A stretch of DNA of 63,803 nt, filler included, from Octopus bimaculoides (taxonomy: Eukaryota), in the NCBI RefSeq assembly GCF_001194135.2. It is 5 parts of 4 records of this genome, joined end to end, with 100 filler letters (N's around TTAATTAATTAA, not from the genome) between each part and the next. Parts side by side here need not be neighbours in the genome. Positions count along the whole stretch, not along the records: positions 28,063 to 54,919 come from NC_068982.1; 4 more parts are not named here. One strand, 5' to 3'. The notes under the pieces were generated by a model. The model searched no databases and had not been told where the DNA came from. It saw only the letters and a program-made list of their open reading frames with translations. Within the stretch, counting starts at the first letter, position 1; every line of letters begins with the position of its first letter. Position numbers and translations under genes: made by a program. Positions 37,003 through 50,881 of the stretch are shown here, one piece after another.

Positions 37003-37902
37003 ACACACATACAGACTCTGTCTGTCCGTCTGTCTGTCTGTCAGTCTCTCTCTTTCTCTAACATTAATGAAGGTTGTAAAATTTACCAGTTCGTCCAATC
37101 GAGATATTTAGATATTGGATGCGGCGCAAAACGACCTGTTTTGTCGGTGCTTTGGTTATATGACTATTGTATATTAGACAAAAGGAAAAAACAAAGCTGG
37201 GCATTTAAATAAACTACAAATAGCAAACATGAAATATTTACCAAAGTTACTACGCATTGCATCTACAATTTTCGACGATCGTCAGTTCATCAGCCATTAC
37301 TAAATGAAAACAGCTTTTCGCTTTGCTGAGCAATTTTTGATAGCAGCTGATTGGATTCAACAAGTTGTGGGTATGTGAATTAACGTGAACAGGAATGAAA
37401 CGGTCACTCCATATATCAATGAGAAATATAACTAATTTTGTGGTGAATTCTGAGTTGTTCAATAATGTTTTCCTGTCTAGTTTGTTTTGTTTGTGTGGTG
37501 TTTGCATTGCATTTACACTTTGTTGAAGGCATGGCGAACCGATGGTAAAGTATCATATTTTCATTAAAGCCATATTTTCAATGGTGATGGTGGAAATCTG
37601 TCGTCCGTCGACGAGGATTCAGTTGCTCAATTAACTAATTAGCCTACTCCTGAATTAACATGCGAACACTCGTAACGTAATTTTCATGTAATATCTGTGA
37701 CATAGTGTGACAAAGCCGTTCCTTTTGAATGTAGTTTCTATGAACCCAACTTCCCCTACGAGGTGTGGATTAACTTGGGAATATAGAAAATTACAAGATA
37801 CCTTACAGTAGGATCAAACTGGAGACCTCGTGGCCGTGAAGCGAATTTCCTGACCATTCGGCCATACTATACCTATCATGTTTTCAATATATCAAATACG
37901 CA

Positions 37903-38260
37903 AGGCGGCGAGCTGGTAGAAACGTTAGTACGCCGGGCGAAATGCTTAGCGGTATTCCGTCTGTCGCTACGTTTTGAGTTCAAATTCCGCCGAGGTCGAC
38001 TTTGCCTTTCATCCTTTAAATAAGTACCAGTTACGCACTGGAGTCGATATAATCGACTTAATCCGTTTGTCTGTCCTTGTTTGCCCCCCCNNNNNNNNNN
38101 ATGCTTAGCGGTATTTTGTCAGTCTTTACGCTCTGAGGTCGACTTTGCCTTTCATTCTTTCGGAGTCGATAAATTAAGTACCAGTTGCGTACTGGAGTAG
38201 ATCTAATTGACTGCCCACCCCCTAAAAATTTTGGACCTTGTGCCTAGAGTAGAAAAGAAT
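37903..38260 (+). mobile_element. Two SINE family B copies (tRNA-derived)
   Basis: AGGCGGCGAGCTGGTAGAAACGTTAG (A box), GAGTTCAAATTCCGCC (B box), GACTTTGCCTTTCAT core, AAGTACCAGTT. Confidence 0.85.
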
Positions 38261-38689
38261 ATATCACGTGTGCTTTTTTTATGGAGTCGCAGGTACAATC
38301 CATCTGGTGGTCTTCTATGCAGTTTCTGTCATACCTAATTTCACTCAAGGTATGGGTTGATTGGAAATTATAAGATACCACGTAGTAGGATCAAACTCTG
38401 GACCTCCTGGCTTTGAAGCGAACTTCTTAGCCATTTGGCCACACAACGCCTACTAAATTTTCAATATAACACATATATAAAAAAGCTATTTCTCGTATAT
38501 TTAAATATATGCTGCACAATAAAACAAAGAAAGCTTCGGTATGTACAGCAGAATTCCAGAAAGTGTAAATTCTATATTTAAAGAAACTTATCGATAAATT
38601 AGTAAGTATGAAACATTTACTGAATAGGATATGCTCACCTTTCGGTAATAATACAGACATCTCTAGCACAGCAAATTAGAAACAGCAAT

Positions 38690-39010
38690 ATAAATAAACT
38701 AAGAATAAATATGAATAAACTAAGGAAATCTACAAAGGAAAAATCGTTCGATCAAAACTGGATAATTACTTCCTCAACCTGTCACAATAAACATATAATC
38801 CAGACCAAATTATACCCCTCGAACTAAAAAAGGACAGAGGCGATTAATAAAAGCATTCCTCATAACACAGCATAATGCAAAAACACAGACGATATACACT
38901 AGTCGTAAATAATATTTGCATCAGACACACTGGTCCTATCTACAGTAAACAAGCAGTGAAACACTACAATTTACTTCCATTCTGAAGATGACACAGTGAA
39001 AGTTTAGAAA
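38690..39010 (+). mobile_element. Possible highly decayed Penelope-like 3' end
   Basis: Manual translation gives KLRINMNKLRK, HNKHI-NPDQIIPLE and KGQRRLIKAFLITQHN, loosely like PLE GIY-YIG tails. It is followed by CTGAAGA-9nt-GAAA at 38982-39001. Confidence 0.3.
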
Positions 39011-39227
39011 TTTTAATGGCCGATTTGAGAATTCTAATGTTCCAGATAAACTACAAGAAACCCATGAAAAGGAAAATAGCCTTGGCTAAAGGAGATGAAA
39101 CTAGAACAAATCTGTGGGTGTTTGTATTGATGTGTGCATGAATGTATATATAGTTAACAACATTCTTAAATACATATACACAAATAAACAAACACACACA
39201 TGTATGCATATATGATTCCATCCATTC

Positions 39228-39278
<51 letters not shown>

Positions 39279-39564
39279 TATGGATGTATATATCAGTAAA
39301 CAGATATATACGTATATTTATGCATATATGCTTGTATCTATCTATCTATCTATCTATCTACCCCCCTCCCTCCATACAGACACATTTGAATACATGCATG
39401 TTTGAGTGTTTACACACACACACATAAACATACATACATGAATACATAAAATACAGTGGGATTACGTATGCGGATGCATGTGTTAACTAAATAACTAAAG
39501 TAATTTTTTAATCCATTCCTGTTTCACGCTATTAAGTCATGCACGCGCACGAAACCAAATTCGT

Positions 39565-39614
<50 letters not shown>

Positions 39615-40376
39615 CACTTCATGGGATTACGTTATTTCCCGTCTGTTGCCGTTAAAAACTGATAAACCAGTTATTTATTTAGTTCATATAAAAGTGAAAC
39701 ATTCAGTAAAATTTGCATTTTCTGCTTAGCTATGCGTAATTCGCGGTAACTACCAAAGAGTAGTTAATGTTGTTGTGATGCTCATGCTTATATCAAGTAT
39801 GTTAGCGAAGAAGAGTGATGTGAAATAGTTGGAATCGAAGATGTATCGCAGACGACACCGAGCAAATAATGGACCGCGGGACTTTCCGAATGACATGCCC
39901 AACCAAAAATTATCTTGCAATTTTGTAGTAATTCAGCCCACCTGATGATGAGTCATATTTCTCTTGTGCGGCCTGTTTCTCGAGAAAGGTTGCCCATGCT
40001 TGCCTGCTCTAAGTAGTCGTCTAAGAAACTGGAAATAGCTGCTAAATCTTTATCACAAACCCTCCACGCCATGTTTTCAAAGGACGGAAGTACTGACTAT
40101 ATATATATCTCAAATATACTATTCCTGAAAACAAAATGGGATGGTTATGGCTGAAAGCCCTTAATCATAGTTCCGCCATATCAATGTTGGCCTGGGCCTA
40201 CACGACAAAAACAACGGCGACAGCGACGATGACTAAAAAAAACCGGTGTTAGCCCATTCCTTTTCAGCAGTATCTTGGTATAGGTGCTAAAACTGTAACG
40301 TTTTAGTTTCTTAGCATAGGTGGTTACACCAGTTGATATCTACCACTTGCAGTACTCTGAATATTTTCAAAAATAA

Positions 40377-40975
40377 AGGCGGTGAGCTGGCAGAATCGTT
40401 AGCCCACCGGACAAAATGCTTCTGAATTCAAATTCTGCCGAGGTTGACTTTCATTCTTTCGAGGTCGATAAAATAAATACCAGTTGAGTACTGAGGTCGA
40501 TATAATCGACTTGTTCTCTCAAAATTTCTGACCTTGTGTCAAAATAAGAAAGGATTATTTTCAAAAAGTAAGAAAAAAAAGCCCTTCAGTTTTTAATACC
40601 ACAAGACTTAACTGGATTTAAAGAAAAGCCGATAGAGAATTGACGTTGCTGTCAGAAATATGGCAAAGTGGATCCAAAGAGAATGGTAATGATAAATAAT
40701 CATATAATCATTTATTGGCCGAGACACAAAGTTAAAATTTATAGTGAAAGGTTGTATAATGAACAGGATTTATTATATTACTGGTATATATATGTCTCAA
40801 CGACCACAATTCGCAGACAGCCGGTGGAGTGGAGAATCATTTGAAGGTCGTATGAAAATTTGTTTCTGCTCTTTACGTTCTAAGTTCAAATTCTCCCAAA
40901 AACCAACTTTCTCTTTCATTCTTCTGGGGTTGATAAAATAAGGTACCACCCAAGTACTGGGCTAACTTTAATTGA
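40377..40975 (+). mobile_element. Two SINE family B copies (40377-40560 and about 40815-40975)
   Basis: GGCGGTGAGCTGGCAGAATCGTTAG head with TCATTCTTTCGAGGTCGATAAAATAAATACC core; second diverged copy downstream. Confidence 0.75.
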
Positions 40976-41435
40976 TTGATGATGGTCCTTCCAATGCCAG
41001 CATTTCTCAAGCTGACAACTACCAGCCACCGCCCAAAGTGTTAGTGAAATTTTTATTTAGCACTCTTCTCTTTTTATTAACGAGATGACAAAATAGAATT
41101 TGCATCCATATAATAATTTCTTCACCATGGCTTTTGAGAAGTTTATAAAGTTGTAAATCATCTCAATCTTATTAAACATGACAAGTTGTCCGCCCCGTTT
41201 CCAATCCTTATATCCCCATCTTTTGAGAGAAACACTGTTCTAAGCTTCGAGAAAGAAACTGTAACTGGGAATTCTAAACGGACCTTCTTAATATCGCTTA
41301 TACCTTAATAGCGGATGAAATACTATTGCCTTTGAGAAACGTGATAGAACAATATCATACAAATTCTATATGACTTAATAATGTGGCACGTCCATTATCG
41401 TAGATGACATAGTTTCTTCACACACGCACGCACAT

Positions 41436-41470
<35 letters not shown>

Positions 41471-41505
41471 TTGTTGTTGCTGCTGCTGATTTATGCATAA
41501 ATGCT

Positions 41506-42260
<755 letters not shown>

Positions 42261-43439
42261 GAAGTGATCTAGATTAAAACCTGACATCACAATTTCATGT
42301 TAAATGAAGTTCTAAACACAAGTTTAATTATGGCTAAACTATTTTATTAAATTTTTCATTATATTCAAAATTAATAGAAACAAAGGTTTCGTATTTTGAT
42401 ATAATTATCTGATAACAAAAAAGTTAAATTGACAATATTTCCATAATGGATAGGAAACATCAAAGCTACCTTAAATAGCAGATTCAGTTATTGTTAATGT
42501 GATAGTACGAAATAAAAATCAAGTATCTTAGAATCATTGGGACATTAGAAAACTGGAATGCTGTTTATTTTTAAGAAAGCTAAATGAAGATACTAATGTT
42601 TTGAAGAAATTGATGTTAACAGCACATCTTGTCCTACTGACTTATATTTATATATTTACTATGACAGAATGCATTTCTTACTAACATCTCATTATCAGTT
42701 TATCAGAATCCCGACTACATACAAACAGGCGTTTCTTTCTGTCTGTATGTTCTTTCAGACAAGAGTTACTGCCAAATAAACAAACACGCGCGTGCGCAGA
42801 GAGAGAGAGAGAGACAGAGAGACAGAGAGACAGACAGACAGAGAGAGAGATGAGGGGAGATAGAGAGAAACACATGCGCATGCCCTTTTTCTCTCTTCCT
42901 CTTTCACGCATGCTCTCTTTCACACACATAGCAAAAACCAATAATGTTCTGATAGGATACATTATTATATTTGCAGAACCAGTTCTATTTATTTGGTTTA
43001 ATGAAAAAATGACGGTGTTCATAATACTTGTAGATTATCTCCCTGTCTGAAAAGGCGAGGGATTCGGTACAATTGATCTTCAGTTTGAACTTCTGTAGTT
43101 CGATGCCTATAAGGAGGCCATGGACAGAGGATAGCTTCATCCATTAAAAAAGAAACGAAAAAGTACCTGTACATGAGATGAGCACAACTGCTCATGCACA
43201 ATTACTTCCTAAACTTTGATCATACGTCGATAACAAGAGCACTACTAAACACTCCTCTAATAATACTTTCTGTCTCTCTCTCTGTTTATCTGTCTGTCTC
43301 TCTCCTTCTCGGTTTCATCTAGTTCAAAGAAACATACATAAAAATCACTTGCAAGAATAATCTCAATAACTCCCCTCTACACAGACACGATATTTAAATT
43401 TACACCATCAAAGATTAAACTAAAAGAAACTTCAACTGT

Positions 43440-44546
43440 CACATACTGAACGAGTCTATTTTGCCCGCCACCAGAAACCATAGAGAAAGTGAAAATAACA
43501 GAACAGTGAAGAAAATTCAATATACGTTCACTGGTTTCATTGCATCTCAGAATGGATTGTGTGATCCTCTACATGACCGAGGTATGGTAAATCTGGAGGA
43601 CGGCATCTTATCTGCCCAACTGCTTAAGGAGGAATTTCAACCATGTTTCGTGGTCTGCTACCACAACAGCTCCTTTATAGGATCCAGTTAGTTCAAGACA
43701 TCATCAGGAGGAACCACGTCCGGTTTCGGCCTCTACTCCTCTACCGTTTTGACGTGGCGGGGCCCCCATTTTCGGAGGTGTCTTCAGCTCTGGTGTTGGG
43801 TGCATGTCTTCTTTCTTCTATTCCCTGGCCTCTTCGATGCAGCATCAACGAGTGTCAGCGTCCGACTGATTGTCATGTCAAATTCCCCTTTTTATACCTG
43901 CTGCTATGCTCCAGCAGGCTGCCCCNNNNNNNNNNNNNNNNNNNNNNNNNNNNNNNNNNNNNNNNNNNNNNNNNNNNNNNNNNNNNNNNNNNNNNNNNNN
44001 NNNNNNNNNNNNNNNNNNNNNNNNNNNNNNNNNNNNNNNNNNNNNNNNNNNNNNNNNNNNNNNNNNNNNNNNNNNNNNNNNNNNNNNNNNNNNNNNNNNN
44101 NNNNNNNNNNNNNNNNNNNNNNNNNNNNNNNNNNNNNNNNNNNNNNNNNNNNNNNNNNNNNNNNNNNTTATCAGTTTTCTCAGTTCCGAGCTTGAAAACG
44201 CAAATCTTCTCTTGAATAGCGCTGTCATTTTTCTTTCAATGAAGCCTCTAGCCCCCACTGCCAGATGGTAGTACTCGACAGTCCATCCCTGTTCTCTGCA
44301 CTCTTCGATTAGTTTCTCGTATCTCTTCTCCTTTCGTTTCTCTGCATTGTCGATGTTCTCTCCCCATGGTACTGTCAGTTCTAGCAAGATTCCTATTCTC
44401 CGTTCTGTGTTCCATATGACTAAGTCTGGTCTTTTTGTTGTTTTTATAAGTGGAAAAATTGCTAGACTTCCCAAATCCGTGGCCAGCTCACACCTGCTTG
44501 ATTTATATTGGTCGAAAACAACGTCGACAGTGAAGACGTTCAACAA
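43440..44546 (-). mobile_element. HERO-like RLE non-LTR retrotransposon 3' end (endonuclease domain plus 3' UTR), split by a gap
   Basis: 44546-44168 is open: TTKRPDLVIWN...ILLELTVPWGENIDNAEKRKEKRYEKLIEECREQGW......VGARGF, the characteristic HERO-clade RLE signature. Confidence 0.85.
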
Positions 44547-46319
44547 TTGTTTCTAATTTAGGCACAAGGCCTGCAGTTTTGAAGGGTGGGGCTAGTTAGT
44601 TACATCGACTGGTATTTCATTCTACCGACCCTGACATAACTTGAACTCAGACATAAAGCGTTGATATAAATACTGCAGAACATTGTTCTCGACACAAACG
44701 ATTCTATCAATCCACTCCCAAAGTATTCTATCATCATAATTATGTAATAGGTCAAAGGGATAAGTCAATTACATCCACCCCCAGTGCTCAAATGGTACTT
44801 ATTTTATCGACCCCGAAAAGATGAGAAGTAAAGTCAGCCTTAACCTTGGCGGAATTTGAATGGACTAAACTAAAATAAAAATACACGCTTACTTATCTTC
44901 CGAAGATAGTCTACAAACAAAAAACAAAAAAAATATCCCTCTCAAACAGTAGTCCCTTGAGAAATCCTCCACAGTGAATCACCTATTGTCATCAAGAATC
45001 CAGTAATAACAATAATCTACAGCTGCAGATGATAATAACAGTAGAGTATAGACCTGCAGTATCTATTTTCTTTTATGTTTAGAGTTCGAATTCCATTATG
45101 ACTGAATTTCCCTTTCATTGTTCTAGAAACAACCAGTGATGTACTAGAGCAAATTAAATCAACTACGTTCCTTTCCACAAAATCTGAAACTTTATACCAA
45201 TAACGATAACGATGTTTTGAGGTGGGGGATACTGTTGCTGTTTAACTTCAAGTCAATCTTGTTTGAGTAAAGCTTTGATCAGCGACATTCCATATTTGAC
45301 TACGATTTGCTTTATCGACTACAGAAGGACGATTGGCAAAAGCAAGCGCAACGGGATTTTAACTCAAACCGTAGCGTGACGTAACTAAATACAGTGAGGC
45401 ATTTGTTTTTTTCTAACGTTTCACTGATCCTGTCGATTTTCCTAACCTACCGCTTTAATATTAATATTGTTTGTTTTATGCCGATAATACACGCACGCAC
45501 TGGTTCAATTTCATTTCCTTGTTATTCGTCAGTTGGTTAACTATTTAACCAAGTAACTAATCGATCGTTTGATCAATTATTTGGTTAACTAATCAATCTG
45601 TTATGCTTGTCAAATGTCCTTTCGACGCCATTCGCGACCTCTTCAATGGCGTGCCCTTGTTACTCTAGGTCAGGTTTAGGTCTGTCCGCCTTTCTATCTC
45701 TTAGTTTTAGATTCTATATTTATGTAGTTGTGGGCATGTGAGTAGGAATGTACGCGGGAATGGAAGGGAGTTCACATCAAGAAACTTGCAAGCCATATAC
45801 AAAAACGAAAAATTGGTATAAATTTTCCTTATTTAAAATGCAAGGAGAGTGAAAGAGGAACTGCGTGCAAGGCTTTTCGGGTTTTAAGTTCAGGAAAATT
45901 GAAGTATAATTGTGTTTAGTGTTCTGTACTCCTAATAGTTTCTTCACAACTAGCTTAATAGTGAAAAATCATTTTTATGGAACCTTACAGATACGTTTTC
46001 GAAATTTACATTAATGAATTTTTTGTAAATAGAAAAACAAAGAAGTTCATATTAAGTTAAGCATTTCATAACTTTTACATGATCTCTGTGGGTGCGCACA
46101 CGCACACACAATCACACACACACACACACACACACGCACGCACGCACGCACGCACGCACGCGCGCAGGCAGCTATGTTTACTGCATTATCAACATGATAA
46201 TATGAAAAAAAAATATTCCGATTACAGCCTACTTTAACAAAGACCGAGAATAATCTGAATGTGTCTCATTCCCTTTTATTTGAAATCCTTATGTTGAGCA
46301 ATGAGATGTGTAATCTAGT

Positions 46320-46460
46320 AGGTATGGTTTGGGGCTCGCGATCACAAGGCCGTAGGTTCTAGTCCTGGACCGGGTGGTACGTTGTTTCTTTTGAGCAAAG
46401 CACTTCATTTAACGTTGCACCAGTCTGCTAAGCTCTCTGCAACATTTCAGTAATAAAACC
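46320..46460 (+). mobile_element. tRNA-derived SINE fragment
   Basis: GTAGGTATGGTTTGGG...GTAGGTTCTAGTCCTGGACCGGG...TTGAGCAAAGCACTTCATTT, similar to 52085-52330. Confidence 0.65.
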
Positions 46461-46494
46461 ATGACAGTGTGATAAGAAGATTGCTTCCCAACTA

Positions 46495-46587
46495 CATGTA
46501 TCCGGGTTCAGCCCCTCCTAGTATAGCCCTGGGCCGATCAAAGCCTTGTGAGTGGATATAGTAGACGGAAACTGAAAAAAGCCCATC

Positions 46588-46623
<36 letters not shown>

Positions 46624-47085
46624 TTTTATTCTTTTACTTGTTTCAGTCATCTGACTGCGACCATGCTGGAGTACCGCATTCAAACAAATGACTCTAAGAC
46701 TTGCTTTTTAAACCTAGTACTTATTCTATCGGACGCTGTGAGACTGAACCCGGAACCATGTGGTTGTGAAGCAAACTTCCTACCACACAGCCTGCCCCAG
46801 CATGGCCCCAATCTATTGACTGAAACAAGTAAAACTAGACAAAAAAAGATATCTATGTGTGTGTGTATTGTGTATGTGTTTGTCCCCCAACACCGCTTGA
46901 CAACCGGTGTTAGTTTCCGCTGTCTCCATATCTTAGCGGTTCAGCCAAAGATATCGATAGAATAAGTACCGGGATAAAAAAAAATGTACTGTTGTCGATT
47001 CATTCGATTAAATACCCTTCAAGGCGGTGCCCCAGCATGGCCGCAGTTCAATGACTGAAACAAGAAAACGATAAAAGAGATAAAA
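46495..47085. mobile_element. Nested SINE family A pieces in both orientations
   Basis: Head (+) at about 46495-46590, tail and head (-) at about 46620-46795, tail (+) at about 46800-47085. Confidence 0.8.
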
Positions 47086-47960
47086 TATGCATAATTAAGA
47101 GAATTATAAGGAAACAAAGCTGGAGAAAGTGGGGGTAGGGAAAGGGGTCACTAAAGTGTAGTTATGTCAGTGTCTGTTGGGTGTTCAACGAGTTCAGATG
47201 TCGTGAGGAGTGGGAAAAGCTGATATTCGGGATTATGACCCTTAACAGATTACTCGAGAACCGGATTTTATCTTTATGGTATTTAGTTACTCTACCATTC
47301 TGTTTGTTCTACGTTCAGATTTCATCAGCTTCAGTTTTTATTTTTCATCCATTCGGTGTCATTAAAATGATGTGTCGTCGGCAGCGGCGGCAGCGGCGGA
47401 GGCGGCGATGGCGGCGGTAGCGGGGTCGATTGAAATCGACTGTACGCCTTTCAACTCCCAACGATTGTGTGTGTGACCTTGTGGAACAGCTAGAAATCAA
47501 TATTGATCTCATTTGTGATTAGGTACAAGGCATATTTAGCAATAGGTATATTGTGATATTTATATGCCAAAGTTAAAAAGCATTTATTCAACAAGCCAGC
47601 GACAGAACCTCTCGAATGTATGTATGTATGTATGTATGTGTGTGTGTGTATATATNNNNNNNNNNNNNNNNNNNNNNNNNNNNNNNNNNNNNNNNNNNNN
47701 NNNNNNNNNNNNNNNNNNNNNNNNNNNNNNNNNNNNNNNNNNNNNNNNNNNNNNNNNNNNNNNNNNNNNNNNNNNNNNNNNNNNNNNNNNNNNNNNNNNN
47801 NNNNNNNNNNNNNNNNNNNNNNNNNNNNNNNNNNNNNNNNNNNNNNNNNNNNNNNNNNNNNNNNNNNNNNNNNNNNNNNNNNNNNNNNNNNNNNNNNNNN
47901 NNNNNNNNNNNNNNNNNNNNNNNNNNNNNNNNNNNNNNNNNNNNNNNNNNNNNNNNNNNN

Positions 47961-47984
<24 letters not shown>

Positions 47985-47995
<11 letters not shown>

Positions 47996-48380
47996 CACGA
48001 AGACTTCTTCAGATTCCATCTACTAAATCCACTCATAAGTCTTTGGTCGGCCTGAGGCTATAGTAGAAGACACTTGCCCAAGGTGCCACGCAGTGGGAAT
48101 GAACATATGTGTGTATGTTTGTGTGTCTGTGTTTGTTCCCCCACCCCAACCGATGTTAGGGTGACAACCGATGTTAGGGTGTTTACGTCTCCATAACTTA
48201 GCGATTCTGCAAAAGAGACCGATAGAATAAGTACTAGGCTTACAAAGAATAAGTCGTGGGGTCGATTTGTTCGGCTAAAGGCGGTACTCCAGCACGGCCG
48301 CAGTCAAATGACATGAAACAAATAAAAAAATAAAAGAATACACACACACATAAACACACGCACGCACACATAAACACACG

Positions 48381-48420
<40 letters not shown>

Positions 48421-48700
48421 TAAGCTAACTAGCTAGCTAGCTAGCTAGCTAGCTAGATAGATAGATACGACAGTCTTCTTTCAGTTTCTTTCGACTAAAT
48501 CCACTCACAAGGCTTTGGTCGGCCCGAGGCTATAGTAGAAGACACTCGCCCAAGGTGCCATGCAGTGGGACTGAATCCAGAACTATGTCGTTGGGAAGCC
48601 AGCTTCTTACCACACAGCCTGCCGCAGCATGGCCCCAGTCTAATGACTGAAATAAGTAAAACAAGAAAAAAAGGTATCTATGTGTGTGTGTATTGTGTAG
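47985..48700. mobile_element. Nested SINE family A pieces in both orientations
   Basis: Head (-) at about 47985-48105, tail (+) at 48110-48340, head (-) at 48465-48622, tail end (+) at 48623-48670. Confidence 0.8.
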
Positions 48701-48729
48701 TTTTTGGCCAGTATAGGCCATGTCTAACT

Positions 48730-49140
48730 TAATAGCACCAGCTGGTGAAGTCTTTTAGTCATATATGGGGCACCATGGCCCACTCTAACAAAGAGTTATT
48801 GTTGGAGACATATCCGGGTGTGGAAGGTTGGTCCGGGATTTTTTGAAGAAATTTGTCCAGTGAACATTTGAATCTTATGGGATCCGTTTCCGTTTTGACT
48901 TATTTCGATATGGTATTATAGAAAGCTGGATCAGTTAGGTACAGTAATTGTGACGTAATGTTGCTATGTGTACCGAGTTCGATTTTTGTAGAGGGCGGAT
49001 AAGATAAGGAAGGCACGCTGAACAACTTCGTCCGATAGAACATTGCCACCTGCCTGGCCTTTGAATTGAGGTTTTCGCAACCACTTTATTTCATTAACGA
49101 TTTGCCATGAAGGCATTACAAAGAGAAGACGAGCAAGGAC
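48730..49140 (-). mobile_element. L2/Crack/Daphne-group LINE 3' end
   Basis: Manual translation DPIRFKCSLDKFLQKIPDQPSTPGYVSNNNS matches the FK..LD.FL..IPDQP..PGY C-terminal motif. Confidence 0.65.
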
Positions 49141-49221
49141 AGACAAACATAAAGGGTGTAGTAGCTGCTATTTAGCGATTAAATACAAAAATATAATACA
49201 AAAGTATAATTAATATATTAC

Positions 49222-49560
49222 TAGTTTTCTTATTCGGCGTTGCTCATTACGATTTGTAATGGCTGCTTTGAAGGACAGACATCCGACCACCAGGGTGGAC
49301 CCCTTGCTTGTTCCTCCCTTTTCTGGCTTTCACTTACCTGGAGTCAGATACTCCCAGCTTTCTCGCCACAGGCTTCTACCTTCTCATGAATCTCTCTCGT
49401 GACAGGCACCCCTTCTCTAGCCTGATCTTACTCCTGAGGTGGTAACTAAAGAAGTTAACCAACACCTGGCCAGAACCACTTACTTGGTCTTTAGGTGCCT
49501 CTGGGAGAGTCCCGGACTACTGACCCGAACATAATTTGATCACTTTGTCCCTCTTGTCCC
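49222..49560 (-). mobile_element. Tx1-group LINE 3' end
   Basis: SGQVLVNFFSYHLRSKIRLEKGCLSRERFMRR aligns with SGQSLINFFKYHLKRKVRVERQVLYSKCFERRW in ORF 63486-63803. Confidence 0.7.
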
Positions 49561-49584
49561 AGGAAAAGTAATGATAATAATAAT

Positions 49585-49975
49585 CCTTTCTACTATAGGC
49601 ACAAGACCCTGATTTTCTGGGGAGGAGGATAGTCGATCACATCGACCCCAATACTCAACAGGTACTTAATTTATCGATCCCGAAAGGATGAAAGGCAAAG
49701 TCAACATCGGTGGAATTTGAGCTTGGAACATAAAGAGTCGATAGAAATGTTGCTAAGCATTTTGTCCCGCGCGCAAACTATTCTTCCAACTCACCGCCTT
49801 TATTTTGTCCAGCGTACTAACGATCCGGCTAATAATAATTCTTTCTAATTTGAGGGCAGGGAACAAGTTGAATAAATCGAACCCAGTACTTGACAAGTAC
49901 TTATTTTATTGTTCCCCGAACCAATGAAAAGTAAAGTTGAACTTGACGGGATTTGAACTCAGAACGTAGAACGTT
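49585..49975 (-). mobile_element. Two SINE family B copies
   Basis: TTTATCGATCCCGAAAGGATGAAAGGCAAAGT core, with a diverged second copy. Confidence 0.75.
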
Positions 49976-50835
49976 AACATGTTTTCCAATGCTAATATCG
50001 ATCCTGCTAGCTTATAAAATTAAATTCTTAAAAAAAAACAAAAAAAAAACAAAGGTAGGTGAAAGTGGGATTGACTTGAAGCAAGAATCGAAACCGGCGC
50101 ACTAAGCCCCTCTCTTTTACCACCACCTTGCTCGTTTGACTCAAGTGAAGCTCCCCTCTTGCTTTATGCGGTATGAAGGAATTGGGGTATGGCAAGTGTC
50201 AATCTCATATCCTAAACACTTAGCTAATTTGTTACGTTAATCCATTAGGGGGTAGCGTTATATAGTTTGTTTATACGTTTGTTTATTCTTCATGTTGTAT
50301 TTCTGTAGTAGTAGTAGAAGTAGTAGTTGTAGTAATAGTAGTAGTAGCAGCAGCAGCAACTAATTTTTTTTAATGATTTCGATCAAGAATCCACGCATCT
50401 TCTTTTCTTATTTCTGTTTTTCTTTTTGCCTTCTCTTAATGTATTTTATGCTTGGTTTAGTATATTTACTTTTAATCTGCCCCTTCTCCACTTTCTATAC
50501 AACCAACATCATCTTCATCATCACCTCTCACACTCTCCCGATATCTCTTTTTATGCCTCTCTCTCTTTCTCTCTCTCTCACTATCTATCTATCCATCTCT
50601 CCTCTGCACGTGGTTTGCTTCGGCTGGCTGACAGACAGACATACAGACACCATCGCTACGGAAACACCTACAGGGGTAGAAGGCAGCGGGAAGCTGACTC
50701 TTATACGCTTTAGAACATAAAAAAAAAATAATAATAAATAATAATAATAATAATAATAATATGAGGTGGTAGCGGTAATGGTAGTGATTGCTGCGATGGT
50801 GTCAGTGACGGAGATGGCGGTGGTAGCAGAGTAAC

Positions 50836-50854
<19 letters not shown>

Positions 50855-50880
<26 letters not shown>

Positions 50881-50881
50881 C
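50855..50881. repeat. (TAG)n microsatellite within a low-complexity region
   Basis: Seen directly. Confidence 0.9.

Noticed and set aside
37268-37296. Hammerhead-like CTGATGA-ACTGACGATCGTC-GAAA on the minus strand
   Set aside because: Stem II does not close next to the core, and stems I and III are absent.
39894-39998. Mini hAT-like element with CATG(C/G)(C/G)CAACC termini
   Set aside because: Only 9 of 11 bases match and no 8-bp target duplication is visible.
43019-43201. Possible exon (minus frame WMKLSSVHGLLIGIELQKFKLKINCTES...)
   Set aside because: No consistent acceptor and donor pair and no recognisable homology.
43690-43745. Type II hammerhead arrangement (GAAAC...CTGATGA) on the minus strand of the HERO 3' UTR
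   Set aside because: Only 4 nt are available for stem I, and the stem II strands do not pair.
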